Positions 28,125 through 41,633 are shown, numbered from the stretch's first letter. The stretch: DNA of 64,000 bases from Eledone cirrhosa (GCA_964016885.1 OZ024753.1:11532001-11596000); one strand, 5' to 3'. The notes: a model not told the origin generated them from the sequence alone. A program made the numbers and translations.

Positions 28125-29873
28125 CACACATACATGTGAGTGTTTGTGTGTTGAATGTGGGTCAATATGTTTGAGAAAGCGTCGATGAAAAACTAGTTTT
28201 GGATTTATTTCTGTGGATTTAATTACCCATGCGGGTAATTAAACAGATTACATGAAGCATTTTATTAGCTATTAAATAACGTATTCGATGTGTTAATTCA
28301 CTGATTAATTGAAGCATGGTATTTGAGGAGGTGTTCTGCAAGTTAATTAGAATGATTTCTTGGAAGGAGAAGGTCAAAGTATTTCATTTGTATTTTGCTT
28401 CCAAGCGAGTGTTAGATATCAAACATGTGAAATGATTATAACACGAGTCAAGAAACAGATTTTCTTCAATGTTATCTTCACGTCAACCCTCAACGGATTA
28501 AGTTTTTTTATATTTGACTTACACTTAATTGGAATTTTATGTGGGGATTGCTTTCTTTTTATTTTAGAACATGTCTTCTTGAATCAATTCCAATAACAAC
28601 CCTACTGAGTTGTGTTTTTAACTCGTTTGATGGCAATTTTAATGCGATTAAAATAGGATGGAGTAAATCAAAACTGAAAAAATAACAAAACAAACAAACA
28701 TACAAGCAATTAAAACTGCGTCAATGAAATATAATGCTCCTTAAAACAAACAAACATACAAGCAATTAAAACTGCGTCAATGAAATATAATGCTCCTTAA
28801 AAAAAATTACTTCAAAGTCCAAATAACTTTTGTTTTCATCCCATTAAATTTACAACTCATCAAATTGCAATCAATAAATGATTTGACTTGAAACATTAAA
28901 AGGAAGTTTATTTTCGTTTTTCAGTTCGACTTCTTGCCCTGAACATTGACGGGTGAGAGAGCATCAACATATTTAAATCTCAATATCTATTTTGATTTAT
29001 CTGTTTTTTTCCTTTTAGGTGATGCTAGGAGAGATTTTGGGGTTATTTTCAATCTAATTGTCTTATCATATTTTTTAGCTATTTATTCATCTCCTTCGTG
29101 GGAATGAAAGATAAAAGGACAAAATTTCCTTCCAAGCTCCAAAATTGATTAACAGGAGACATCTGAAAAGAATCCCGAAAGGAAAAAAATTCCATATAAA
29201 CCTAAAATTATTAGTTTTTCCAATCTAGACGTTCATATTTGATATGTCGATATGTCTCTCCACCGAGTTTCTGATCCTACATTTATCCTACATTGGAAGC
29301 TGAAAGTTAAATTCTTCTGCATAATAGAATGAAACAAACATTAACTAAACAGTGTGAATCTACCAAGCAATTAGTTTTATTAAAACAAATAATTAAATAA
29401 AACTCATGAAGTAGATTTAACATTTGTGCTTAAAATGCAATGCTTTGGCCGGTGTGAATTATCTGAAAGAGGTGTTAATAACTTTAAAGTATTTCAAATG
29501 ATTGTCACATCCAAGAGATATTATACAGCAATCAATAACTAGACACACAACCAACACAAAATTGTTTCTCATAGCAGAAAAAATACTATTTCGTTTACGA
29601 AGTAGGTTGTCAACTAATTTTATATGAAAAGAGAATATAATTTATTGAATTGGCACTAATGTAATATCGATTTTTAATTTAGGTACAAGAACAGAAAAAT
29701 TTTATTTGGAAAGCTGACTTTCAGTTCTTCAATGGTACTGTATTTTATCAACCCCAGAAGCATGAAAAGTAAAGACAAGAGATTGTGTAATATGATCCTG
29801 AGTTACCCTCACATAGGAAAACGACTGCAAGGTTACGGCTGAAATTACATTCATTATAGAACTCTACGATTAA

Positions 29874-30082
29874 CCGTTTAGCATTTACATTACTCTATAT
29901 TTATTATTGTATTTTCATGATAAAGGCTTTACCTCACATAATATCGAATCTATGAGATTTTGATATTATTTATTTTGAGAACAATACCTTAACATCAGTA
30001 TGAAAGGCTGGTTAAAGCCGGTTTGAACAGAAAGAGGTGAGAGAATTCTAGCTTGGATACAGATGGTTTAAATGCTAAATGG
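29874..30082. mobile_element. TTAA-flanked MITE (piggyBac- or Kolobok-type target)
   Basis: TTAA|CCGTTTAGCATTT ... AAATGCTAAATGG|TTAA. An inverted homolog lies at ~25497-25724. Confidence 0.65.
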
Positions 30083-30246
30083 TTAAAGATGTCGTGTCTA
30101 TAAAGAACGGAAACAACTATCAAAGGAAACAAGTCTTCGAAGGAAGTCTCAAAAGAGTCGGTCACTCTATTCGAAACGGAATCCCAATCCCAGATGAAAC
30201 GCACTATGTCTTCTTAACGCACACATATCATCACCAATACTAAAAT

Positions 30247-30388
30247 AATTGTTTCTACTTTTGACAGAAGGTCAGCAATTACCGAGTCCATTACTGGTAC
30301 TTTATTTATCGACCCCGTAAGGATGAAAGGCAAAGTTAACATTGGCGGGATTTGAACTCAGAATGGAAAGGACGACTGCCAATCCATC
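30247..30388 (-). mobile_element. Internally deleted SINE family 1 with TSD
   Basis: caatactaaaataat on both sides. Further copies: ~27355-27432 (-), ~27585-27720 (+), 34499-34658 (-), 44059-44268 (-), 45230-45380 (+), 45463-45674 (-), 45775-45957 (-), ~46137-46380, 51150-51323 (-), 51642-51800 (+), 58543-58686 (-). Confidence 0.8.
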
Positions 30389-31072
30389 AATACTAAAATA
30401 ATAGGAATTACATATAACATCTTAGAAATATTTGCAGCACACACACACACACACACACTCTCACACACACACTCATACACACACACACACACTCTCACAC
30501 ACACACTCACACACACACACTCTCACACACTCACACAAAAATAAAACAAAACAAGCAAACAAACAAGTTATTGAAGGAAGAACGTCACACAAACATTCTA
30601 ATATAAGTGAAACTTCCTAAATGTTATCACAGATAACAACATTGGTTCACAAAGAATATGCTAAGATCTGTGTCAGATTATATCAATCTTACCGAGTATC
30701 CTAATATCTTATAACGAAATAAAGGGATGAGAAAAAAACTTATGTACATAGCGCAGAGAGAGAACAGAACAAAGCATAATGTCATCTCTATAAAGAAGAT
30801 AATATACTGAAAAGGGAAAAAACATAAGTTTATATCAAAATGCATGATATTATCCTATTAATCTCGAATATCTGTATGATATGCCCTGATACAGCTTTGC
30901 ATCAATGTCGAGTTAAGTGGTACCATCAGAATGTACAGGGCTGGAAAGTATAACCCAAACATTCCAACAATTCTGTAATTTACTTGTAATTTATTTGTAT
31001 GATACGGAAGGATGAAAACATTATTGATCTCCCTGAGTTTTGAACTCAGACTGCAGAGATCTGAAATAAATA

Positions 31073-31470
31073 ACTGTTTATACTTTTTGGCACAAGGCCA
31101 GCAATTATCTCAGTGCATTACTGGTACTTTATTTTATCGACCCCGTCAGGATGAAAAACAAAGTTAACCTCGGCGGAATTTGAACTCAGACCGCAAAGGG
31201 ACGTAACTCTATGCTGCAAAGCATGGCGTCCGACCCTCTACCAATACTGCCAATCAATCGCCCTCTGAAATAAATAAATTGTTTCTACTTTTGGCACAAG
31301 GCCAGCAATTACCCAGTGTATTACTGGTACTTTATTTTATCGACCCCGTAAGGATGAAAGGCAAAGTTAACCTCGGCGGGATTTGAACTCAGAATGGCAA
31401 GGGTCGTAACTCTATGCGTCAAAGCATAGCGTCGTCCGACCCTCTATCGATACTGCCAATCCACCGCCCT
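31073..31470 (-). mobile_element. Two tandem full-length SINE family 1 copies bounded by three copies of one target sequence
   Basis: tctgaaataaataa occurs at ~31060, ~31264 and ~31470. Confidence 0.85.
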
Positions 31471-32289
31471 CTGAAATAAATAACGTAAGGTAGTCAGTTC
31501 GATACTTTGACGATTCTGTGAGTTCAGTGCTTTCGTCGGGCGTAAAAAAGGTTACACTTAACCTCCATGTTCAATCACCCCCTTGACAACCCAGAAATAT
31601 GTACAGGACTCCACAATACAACGTACATCCAAGATAATCCAGACAAAAACTCCACAACTTTCAGAACTACTAACTCACATATAGAAGCAAATCGATAAAT
31701 AATTCCATTATCTTAAATCACAAATCTAATGATATAATTACTTGCATCTTTCATTACTTTGCTGCGAAACTTCACCAAATCCGAGATTTGACAAAGATGA
31801 GACAAAGTCGATCTTCTACCAATTTCCTTAATTCGCATACATTCGCTGCCGAATCTCATAGATTACAGACTAATTTCTTCAAACGTGGTTGGACACTTTG
31901 AATAAACTGCATATAGATACACTTACATAGAAATTAGGGTCCTGGCTGGAGCACCTTTTTGATAGATAATCCGAATCTTTATTTGATACACTATGAAATA
32001 CGACTGAAAATATAATAGGCTGTTTATGAAGGAGGGATGCTAGGGCTGTGAAATCTTTCAGGCATTAATTCCTACTCTTCTTATTAATAACTGCATTTTT
32101 TCTTTCCATGGACTATTTTGAAAAATAAACCTCATTTGGACATTCCATGAGAGTATCTTGGTCAGCGTATGAACTTTCCAGCCTATGACATTTTCGGATG
32201 ACCTTTGTATTACTGTTCTTCTAATATTGAGTATTTTATTAGCATTATTTGTCGGTCTGCAGATTGTAGAAACCTTACCACACACAACC

Positions 32290-32359
<70 letters not shown>

Positions 32360-32391
32360 CTGCTTCTCTGTTTTGTTTCCGTCCAAATTTG

Positions 32392-32442
<51 letters not shown>

Positions 32443-32944
32443 GCACCAGAACTAATCTTATTACCATTCTCGCAAACATTAACTCAGTCAAAATCGATAT
32501 CACAGCTACAATCAAACACCAATATCTTCAACAATCTCTGCAATTGCGATGCTATCAAAAACATCATGGCGGTTACTACTAAAAACACGATCATTTTTTC
32601 ACATGGCGATTACCATAATACATCCACAAGATCGACTGATACAGGAAAACAAATTCATGACCCTAAACCTCGACGTGATCTCATATTTTTTCATAGAAAT
32701 ATCAACCACATTGCCCTCTCACCTTACCCTACCAAATTTAATGAAAGAAGACCATGTTGATTATTATATCAGAGTCTGATAAACAAAGATCAGGATGGTC
32801 ATGGCTTGATTGTCCTTTGATTACACGTTTGTCCGACCAGGGACTTTTTAGTTGTAAATATGAATAACAAATCACTAGAAGAACGGCCATCACCAACCTT
32901 AATCCCAACTTCTTAAATAAACACACACACGTCACACACACACA

Positions 32945-32982
<38 letters not shown>

Positions 32983-33001
32983 ATATAATATAATATATAT
33001 A

Positions 33002-33358
33002 TGTTGCATGTGCAATGTTAATGTGCTTGAACGACCAAGGATAGACGAGTTGAGAGAGAAACTGCGTATAAGAGGGATAGGCTGTAGTGTGCGGGAGAGA
33101 AGACAGCGCTGGTATGGACATGTAATGCGCATGGAAGATGACCGCTGGGTAAAGAAGTGCCAAGAAGTCCCAGTAGAATGAAAACGCAGTAGGGGGAAGA
33201 CCACGGAAATCATGGGCGGAGGTGGTGAGAGCTGACCTTAGATCGCTGAAGCTCACGGAGGAGATGATGAAGGACGGTGGCGAATTGAGAGATGCTGAAT
33301 AGGACCCGTCCCACCATTGCAAGCAAGGAAAAGAGGACGTAAAATGATGAAGATGATT
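33002..33358 (+). pseudogene. RTE-clade LINE 3' end
   Basis: Translation gives ELREKLRIRGIGCSVRERRQRWYGHVMRMEDDRWVKKC ... RGRPRKSWAEVVRADL, followed by a short (TGA)-type tail. Flanked by TA tracts. Confidence 0.8.
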
Positions 33359-33911
33359 ATATATATATATATATTGAAAAAGATTAACAGGACACTGTAC
33401 ATGTGTCTCCTGACCAAGATTGAACCCCAGATCAGGATCCCCCCCCCCCCCCCCCGCCTAATTCCTCCCACTAGTCCAGCGAGACGGATGACTGAGTGGT
33501 TAGAGAATCGGATTCGCAATCGTGGGGCTGTGAGTCCGCGTGATGGGTCCTTGACCAAGACACTTTATTTCACAGTGCTCCTTCTCCCTGGATTTGCGAC
33601 CGACATATAGTATTAGCAATTGTAAAGACCAATGGATACATTGTTTCTTCGGTCCGGTTTGACGAACTCCACCCACTCCTTAAGTGAATGAGAGCTGGTA
33701 TCTTGTCAATCGATATATATATGTGTATGTGTGCGTGTGTATGTGTGCGTGTGAACCAGAAATAACATAACAAACGATACAGTATATGTAATAGTAGGAA
33801 GAATGATATAACGGTTTGGACAGTAGCCCTTCATCAAAAGATAGAGTTGGAAATAGAAGATAAAGAGTAATAAGAGAAACGTACGAGGAATATATATGTG
33901 TGTATATATAT

Positions 33912-34390
33912 ATATTACTTCAAAATATTAATAAATGTAGACATTCATGTGATCAAATATATTTTATTATACATATTTCAGAGGTACTGAGCTATTTCAA
34001 CAGTACTGAGCTATTTTCAAACATAAAAAATTACATATAATACAGAGGGAGCGTATGATAATTCTCATACGCACTCTCTGTATTATATGTAATTTTTCAT
34101 GTTTCAACTTAAGGTATATAAATATCGAGTTTTGTCATAACTAATCACTGCCATGACTAAATTATAACCATCAACATAGTCAAGGTATGTCAGGCATCAA
34201 CTTATTTTATCTGATGAGGACGTACTGTTCAAATACCTCAGTACCTGTGAAATATGTATAATAAAATATATTTGATCACATGAATGTCTATATTTATTTA
34301 TATTTTGAAGTAATATTAATAACTCCAGAAAACCTTACTGTAGAGTGCTTCTAATCTATTCATTGATGAATTCATTGAACCTTGATAAAC

Positions 34391-34398
<8 letters not shown>
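33912..34398 (+). mobile_element. TA-flanked fold-back insertion with family B hammerhead and nested hairpin
   Basis: 33912-34006 is an inverted copy of 34222-34317, with a separate hairpin at 34019-34104 between them. Confidence 0.55.
34204..34267 (+). ncRNA. Type I hammerhead-like motif, family B
   Basis: ATTTTAT-CTGATGA-ggac-GTACTG...CAGTAC-ctgt-GAAA-TATGTATA-ATAAAAT: a 7-bp stem I, intact core and short stem III. The base of stem II is mismatched. Confidence 0.55.
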
Positions 34399-34421
<23 letters not shown>

Positions 34422-34766
34422 GGTACACCATAGTGAGCACTCGGTGTGTAGTTTCCAGTAGTATATTCGTGTTATACTAAGCAGAGTGTAATACAAATAC
34501 TTGTTTCTACTTTTGGCACAAGGCCACCAAATACCTAGTACATTACTGGTACTTTATTTTATCGACCCCGTAAGGATGAAATGCAAATCTAACCTCGGCG
34601 GGATTTGAACTCAGATCGTAAAGGGACGTAACTATGCTGGAAAGCACGGCGTCCGACTCAGAGAAGACCTCATTACGTTTTAAAAGCCTAACAAATCGTT
34701 CTTTATATATATGTATATAGATATACGATATTAACAAATGGAAACTATATTTATAAAACCATATTT

Positions 34767-34829
34767 ATTTCATTATACATATTTCAAGGATACCAAGTTA
34801 AATTATGGTATGCCTTCATCAGACAAAAT
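34767..34829 (-). ncRNA. Type I hammerhead-like motif, family B variant
   Basis: Minus strand reads ATTTTGT-CTGATGA-AGGcATACCA...TGGTATCCTt-GAAA-TATGTATA-ATGAAAT. Flanks tttataaaac/gttttataaa extend stem I. Confidence 0.55.
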
Positions 34830-34913
34830 ACAATATATACCAGTTTTATAAATAAACATTGACGTACCCTTTCAAAATGCGACCGTTACTTTTGGAAGCC
34901 ATCAGGATAGTCA

Positions 34914-35106
34914 TATGGTAAATATTTTGACTGGACAACGTAGACGAATGAAGTATTTTCACTTTCACTGCAAATCTTCAATATATATATGTATATAGAT
35001 ATATATATATTCAATATATATATGGATATATATATATATTGAAGATTTGCAGTGAAAGTGAAAATACTTCATTCGCCTACGTTGTCCAGTCAAAATATTT
35101 ACCATA
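34914..35106. repeat. Inverted repeat (about 75-bp arms) around a TA-rich loop
   Basis: tatggtaaatattttgactggacaacgtag...gcaaatcttcaa pairs with ttgaagatttgc...ctacgttgtccagtcaaaatatttaccata. Confidence 0.9.
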
Positions 35107-35379
35107 ACGATAATATACACGTTGCTGTGTTATAAACTTGCTTCATTAGTGAGAGACATACTGTGAACCAGACACATTAATCTTCTCAGTTTCGACCAAT
35201 ATGGCGGCAAAAGATCGTTGAACTTTATCCTCGGTGTTGTTATTTTAATACAGAAGGTTGTGTACAATTTCATTTTAGACACCTAACGGAAATACGTTGG
35301 TATGGCGGTGAAAATAACAGACGTTACAAGGACAACAACAACAGATATCAGCCGAAAGAGGGAGAGGGGGTAGGGAGGA

Positions 35380-35830
35380 AGAGAGTGAGTGACACTGAGT
35401 GAGACTGAATGAGAGAGTGAGTGAGTGAGTGAGTGAGAGAGAGTGAGTGAGAGAGAGAGAGTGAGAGAGTGAGAGAGAGAGTGAGAGAGAGTGAGAGTGA
35501 GTGAGAGTGAGTGAGAGAGAGAGTGTGAGTGAGAGAGAGAGTGAGAGAGAGAGAGAGAGAGTGTGAGAGAGAATGTGAGAGAGAGAGAGTGTGAGAGAGA
35601 GAGTGTGAGAGAGAGAGTGTGAGAGAGAGTGTGAGTGAGAGAGAGAGTGTGAGAGAGTGTGAGTGAGAGAGTGTGAGAGAGTGTGATAGAGAGAGTGTGA
35701 GAGAGTGTGAGAGAGAGAGTGTGAGAGAGTGTGAGTGAGAGAGTGTGAGAGAGTGTGAGAGAGAGAGAGAGAGTGAGAGAGAGTGTGAGTGAGAGAGAGA
35801 GAGTGTGAGTGAGAGAGTGAGTGAGAGAGT
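35380..35830. repeat. (GA)n/(GAGT)n compound microsatellite
   Basis: Seen directly. Confidence 0.95.
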
Positions 35831-36361
35831 AACCTCTCAAAACAGTACGAGACATCAATAAACATCAGTATCAACGATCATAACATTAGTTTGTACAAGT
35901 AAAATATCCTCAACAACCGCGATAATTACTGGTATTATCAACGAGTCAAAGAAAACGCCTCCAATGCATCTACTGAAATTGAGATAACAAAATATACCTC
36001 ATGGAAAGGAAAGAAATAACCCAGCATGCAGTGCTCCTTATATATATATATATATATATATATGATGATGGCTGGCCCCTCGTTATCGAGTGTGGCCATT
36101 GCACAATATAACATTATTAATAATTATCAATTAATTCTATCGTGCAATGCCTGTGCGTGAAGATTTTTTTAAAAGTGAGGAAAGACTGTGCACTGAGCCA
36201 ATCCCACTCTCTGAGCGACAGTAGCTATAACCCGAAAAGAAGAAAAGATCAACATCATCGGTAACTACTGAGCCGCAGATTTTATGTCGGAGTTATCCCA
36301 GTTTACTGAGTTACCTTCTCCTAGAAGAATGCCCTGACAATGGCTAGGGGTTTATTACTCC

Positions 36362-36546
36362 CAGGTAAAATTTTGTTATAACGAATACCATTATAACGAC
36401 TTTTTCAGTATAACGAAATGTTTTTAAATCCGCGAGGTAATAACAAACAAACGCTCGATTTGTTTCGGTCGATCTCGTTATAAAGAATTTTTCGTTATAA
36501 CGATTTTTTTATACTCCGTGTCATTTGTTATAACGGAATTTCACTG
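36362..36546. mobile_element. Tc1/mariner-pogo (Tigger-like) MITE
   Basis: TIR-like ends caggtaaaattttgttataacgaa and gttataacggaatttcactg|ta. Homologous to 40921-41460. Confidence 0.65.
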
Positions 36547-37029
36547 TAAATGTATCCATAACACAGACACACACGCACTCACATATGAACATACGCTTTA
36601 GCGTGATGAAGAAATATTCCTACTTCTTAGAATTAGACATTTCTAAGTACAACAGAAGACGGAAGAGACAAAAGATGAACTGACGGAAATAGAGAATTAT
36701 ATTACTACTAACACAAAACCACATCCGAACGATTTAGTTTTAGATTTATAATTTACTACACGCACGTGTGTGTATATGGACATATGTACGTAAGGACGTA
36801 CGCACATACGTATGTACGTACGTAGGTATGTACGTATATATGTAGGGAAAAGAGGGAAAAAAAACAATGTATTATTTGGATGTCCGTTGATTCTGTTGAG
36901 TTCCTCTGCTCTTTGCCGGATCTTGTATTTCATCACGCAGGGTGTCCAAATATCACACTTCTCACCAAGCAAGCCTGGTGGGGTTGCCGGTTTAGTGGCT
37001 GACGACCCGACCACGTACTGCTACCAGTA

Positions 37030-37330
37030 GCACTCGAGAGCGACCGAGGACAGACGCATACAGCACGGGATGATCAAAACGAGATGTGCGTAAGCAATGC
37101 TCTGGTATATCTCTCGAAACGTTCCGTGTCTCCATCGAATTGAAGTGCCCTGAGTGTGGAAACATTTACTTGAGCAAATCTGGTCTCAGGAGCCACAGTC
37201 GCAGCCAGGTTCAAAGAGAACCATTGAACTATTATCTTCACGGCATTGTGAAGGCTCACAGGCAACCTGATATGAGACCTCAGGCCCGGGGGATCCATAG
37301 TTGTCATCAATGAACCACGGAGTGCAAGTC
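37030..37330 (+). pseudogene. Probable RTE-type LINE C-terminus (terminal zinc-finger remnant)
   Basis: CPECGNIYLSKSGLRSHSR in ORF 37086-37313 resembles the C-terminal CxxC...GLxSH motif of RTE ORFs. It is a single isolated finger. Confidence 0.45.
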
Positions 37331-37559
37331 TCTAGCAAGCTTGAAAAGCCAAATCCGAGCGTCACACATTTGAATTTGACAAGCGATTGCAACACTCGTA
37401 GCAGAGTTTGCAGCCATCATGTATGTATGTATGTATGCATGTACGTACGTACATATGACTTTATGTATGTACGACTTGTATATGTACGTATGTATATATG
37501 TTCTGGTTTTATAATTTTATAAATGTTTACCAAGAGAGAGAGAGAGAGAGTCGGTTTCT

Positions 37560-38330
37560 AACGTAGATACAAGACTCTCTCATTGGGAGTTAAACAGCAT
37601 CAACTAGGTAGACATGTATGTCTACATGCATGCATGTATGTGCAGGTATGGATGTTATTGTATGTGTGGAGGTGTATGTTTTGAGATATATGTGTGCATG
37701 TGCATATGCTTTGTATTTGTACACGTATACATGCAGTTATTAGATGCAGAATGTTTGGAATGTTTTACATATTTTTACTGTTCCATTAATGGATTGTACT
37801 TGTAATTTACTAACTAGTTGTGCTCTTTCCGTTTCTGTGAAGCCTAGCTACCCAGGATTTGTACTGAGGCAGTTACTAACATACCCCAGTGCCTCAATAA
37901 TCACAGGTATAAAACTGAAGGTATAGTCAGGGTGGAGTATCTGCAGATGTCTCATTAGTTCTGCATAAATATTCTCCTTTCCGCTAATCTTTGATATTAG
38001 ATTGTCATCTGCTGGGCAGCTAGCTAACCTCCACTACTGTGCATGCCTTCTTTTCCCTGTCGCATATCATTATTTCTGGTCTGTTATGTCTGCATTTTAT
38101 TGGCGTTTTGTCTGGAACATTCCATTAGTACTTTTTCATATTATGTATGTATATGTCTTCAACATTGCTGTACCTTTTAATATGTTTATTGTCGGGGCTA
38201 TCTTTTCTATGGATTCCATTGTATAGTGTCTTGGCTACTACATTATGCCTGAGGTAGATAGTACCGCGATGACATCTTTGGACAGCTGCTTATGACATGG
38301 GTGACATCTTCGATGTATGTAGGAAAGGCC
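37560..38330 (-). pseudogene. Second REL-endonuclease (R4-like) non-LTR retrotransposon 3' remnant
   Basis: Minus-strand translation with stops and frameshifts gives IEDVTHVISSCPKMSSRYYLP-RHNVVAKTLY ... RHNRPEIMICDREKKACTVVEVS-PAD ... KENIYAELMRHLQILHPDYTFSFIPVIIEALG ... GTVKICKTF, with a stop near 37740. Confidence 0.75.
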
Positions 38331-38509
38331 TATCAGATGCTGGTCTGAAATACCATTTAAGGTCACACAATATAATCCAATGTAATCCATTTGGCATATG
38401 AAAGGAATAGAGACTTTATATGTCAGGTCTGCCACAAAAGATTCAAATCATCCGGTGGCCTAAAGAATCATTATAAAATCCACAAAGATGGGTTTTGATT
38501 CACGGAATA

Positions 38510-38542
38510 ACACTGCCACTAACAGTATCATTACCACTACTA

Positions 38543-38592
<50 letters not shown>

Positions 38593-39665
38593 GCCACACC
38601 CACTATCACTAAAATTACCACCACCACTACCATTATCATGCCACCACCCTTGCCTTTACTACTACTACCATTACCACTACAACTACCATTATCTCTAACT
38701 CTACAATCACCGTTAGTACAAACATTACCACTACTGCTACCACAAACACTATCACCTCCACCACTACCACCACCACCACCACTACTGCTACCACAAACAC
38801 TATCACCACCACCACTACTGCTACTGCTACCACAAACGCTATCACCACCACCAACACCACCACTACCAACATTACTACCACTACCGCTACCACAAACACT
38901 ATCATCACCACCACTACCATCACCATCACTACAACCACCACCACTACCACTACTGCTACCACCACCACCACCACTACCACCACCATCTCTACAACCACCA
39001 CCACTACTGCTACCACAAACACTATCACCACCACTGCAACCGCCACCACCACAGCAACCGCCACCCCCCACCACAAACACTATCACAGCACCAGCACTAC
39101 TACCACAACCGCTACACCACCACTACTGCTACCACCACTACTGCTACACCACCACTATTACCACAACTACTAGCCCTACCGCTACACCACCACTACTGCT
39201 ACCACAAACACTACTACTACCACCACTACTGCTACACCACCACTATTACCACAACTACTAGCCTTACCGCTACACTACCACTACTGCTACCACAAACACT
39301 ACTACTACCACCACTACTGCTACACCACCACTATTACCACAACTACTAGCCCCACCGCTACACTACCACTATCTCTACTACCACCAGCACCACTACACCA
39401 GCACTGTCCCTACAACTACCGCCACTACAACATCACTACCACAAACACTACAACTATTATTACCACCAGTACTACCACCACTACCACCACCATTACCACC
39501 ACCGCTACTACCACTACCACCACCACTATCACAAACACTATAACCACTACTACAACTACCATTACCACCACCACTATCACTACCATTACTACTACCACAA
39601 ACACTACAACCACTATCACTACCACCACTACAACTACCATTACCACTACTACTACTACAAACATC
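38510..39665. repeat. (ACT/ACC)n degenerate trinucleotide tract
   Basis: Seen directly. Confidence 0.95.
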
Positions 39666-39760
39666 AAGAACTGCAACATCAGAAACAAATTACAAAAGTT
39701 AGCAAGTCTCTGAAAAGTCAATAATCAAGGTCGGTGATTAGATTAATAGCTTTTGTGTAT

Positions 39761-39815
39761 GGAGAGAGAGAGAGAGGGGGAGAGAGAGAGAGAGGGGGAG
39801 AGAGAGAGAGAGAGG

Positions 39816-39893
<78 letters not shown>

Positions 39894-40177
39894 GTGAGAG
39901 AGTGCGAGTGCGAGAGAGAGAATGATAGGGTGGGAGAATCATACGGAGAGAGAGAATGATAGGGTGAGAGAGGGAGAGGCATGGATACTAGGAGAGAGAG
40001 GGAAGCATAGACGAAATGAGAGACGGAACAAAAGACAACGAAAGAGAGAGAATGCAAGAGAGAGAATGCAAGAGCGACAGTAAGAAATAGAGAGAGAGAG
40101 AGGGGGGGGGGAAGAATACTTGGAGAATGGGCTCGTAATAGATATACAGACAAAATGAGGGGTAGAGAGAGAGACAG

Positions 40178-40237
<60 letters not shown>

Positions 40238-40377
40238 GGAGAGAGAGAGACAGACAGACGGAGAGAGAGAGAGAGAGACAGACAGACGGAGAGAGAGAGA
40301 GAGAGACAGGCAGACGGGGAGAGAGAGACAGAGACTGGGAGGGAGAGAGAGAGAGAGACTGAGAGAGAGAGAGAGAG

Positions 40378-40411
<34 letters not shown>

Positions 40412-40620
40412 GGAGGGAGAGAGAGACTGGGATAGAAGAAAGAGAGCGAGAGAGATTGGGAGACAATTAAGTATAAGGAAATCACATTGATAAGAAAGAA
40501 GGGAAGAGAGAGATAGAGGGAGACAGACAGAGATACAGAGAGACAGACAGAAAGAGAGAGAGAGACAGACAGACCGGGGGGGAGGGGGGGGGGGTAAAGA
40601 GAGAGAGAGAGAGAGAGCGG
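39761..40620. repeat. (GA)n-rich polypurine tract
   Basis: Seen directly. Confidence 0.95.
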
Positions 40621-40920
40621 GCAAGATGTATATAAAGATAGATGTAGGAAGTGAAGTGAAGTGTTGTAGTGAAGTAAAGGGGTAGTGTCCATGCTAATAT
40701 TAAATAGAGTAGATGGACGTTGAGAGTTAGTAACAAAATATTAAAACCAGGAAAGAGATCGATAGGAAAGACTAGAAGAATAGGAAAACACAGCGGAAGA
40801 ATAAAAGAGAGAATTAGGTGAAAAGTTACCATGAAATGGAAACAATGGTGGAATAGTTTAAGAATAGAGAAACTGAGTACAATGGCGGCATTGGAAGGGA
40901 AATCATGAGCTACATTGATA

Positions 40921-41460
40921 CAGGTAAAATTTCGTTATAACGAATTCCATCATCACGAATTTTTCAGTATAACGAAATTTTTTTTCAATTCCCGATGTAT
41001 AATAAGAATAATTGCTTCTACTTTTGGCACAAGGCTAGCAAATACTCCAGTGCATTACTGGTACTTTATTTTATCGATCCCGTAAGTATGAAAGGCAAAG
41101 TTAACCTCGGCGGCATTTGAACTCAATTCCTCATGTATAATAAGAATAATTGTTTCTACTTTTGGCACAAGGCTAGCAATTACCTCAGTGTATTACTGGT
41201 ACTTTATTTTATCGATCCCATAAGGATGAAAGGCAAAGTTAACCTCGGCGGGACTTGATTTCAGAACGTAAAGAGCCATAACTCTATGCTGCAAAGCATG
41301 GTGTCTGATGCTCTACCGATACTGCCAATCCATCGATACTATTTCCCGATGTAATAACAAACAAACGCTTGATATGTTTCGGTCGATCTCGTTAGAAAGA
41401 ATTTTTCGTTACAACGATATTTTTATACCCCGTAAATTTCATTATAACGCAATTTCACTG
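40921..41460. mobile_element. Same MITE, interrupted by two SINE family 1 copies (41030-41124, 41148-41331)
   Basis: ta|caggtaaaatttcgttataacgaa ... attataacgcaatttcactg|ta, with a TA target duplication. Confidence 0.7.
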
Positions 41461-41633
41461 TATTATTTGTCTTGAGGTTAACAACAACAGAGAGAATTCC
41501 TATAGTGAATGTCATTCCAGCGATGATCCTTCTGTAATACTTGTTGAAAGTGGACTTATCTAAAATTACAATATATGTAAATACGGAAATAAGATCGCCA
41601 AATAGTTAAATCTGAAGGGAGATGCAACTAGAA

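Noticed and set aside
28687-28802. 56-bp direct duplication (also 30-bp duplication at 52111-52170 and 19-bp repeats at 3684-3755)
   Set aside because: These are ordinary local slippage duplications with no further structure.
37086-37313. Host C2H2 zinc-finger gene
   Set aside because: It is a single incomplete finger with no TGEKP linker, better explained as a LINE C-terminus.
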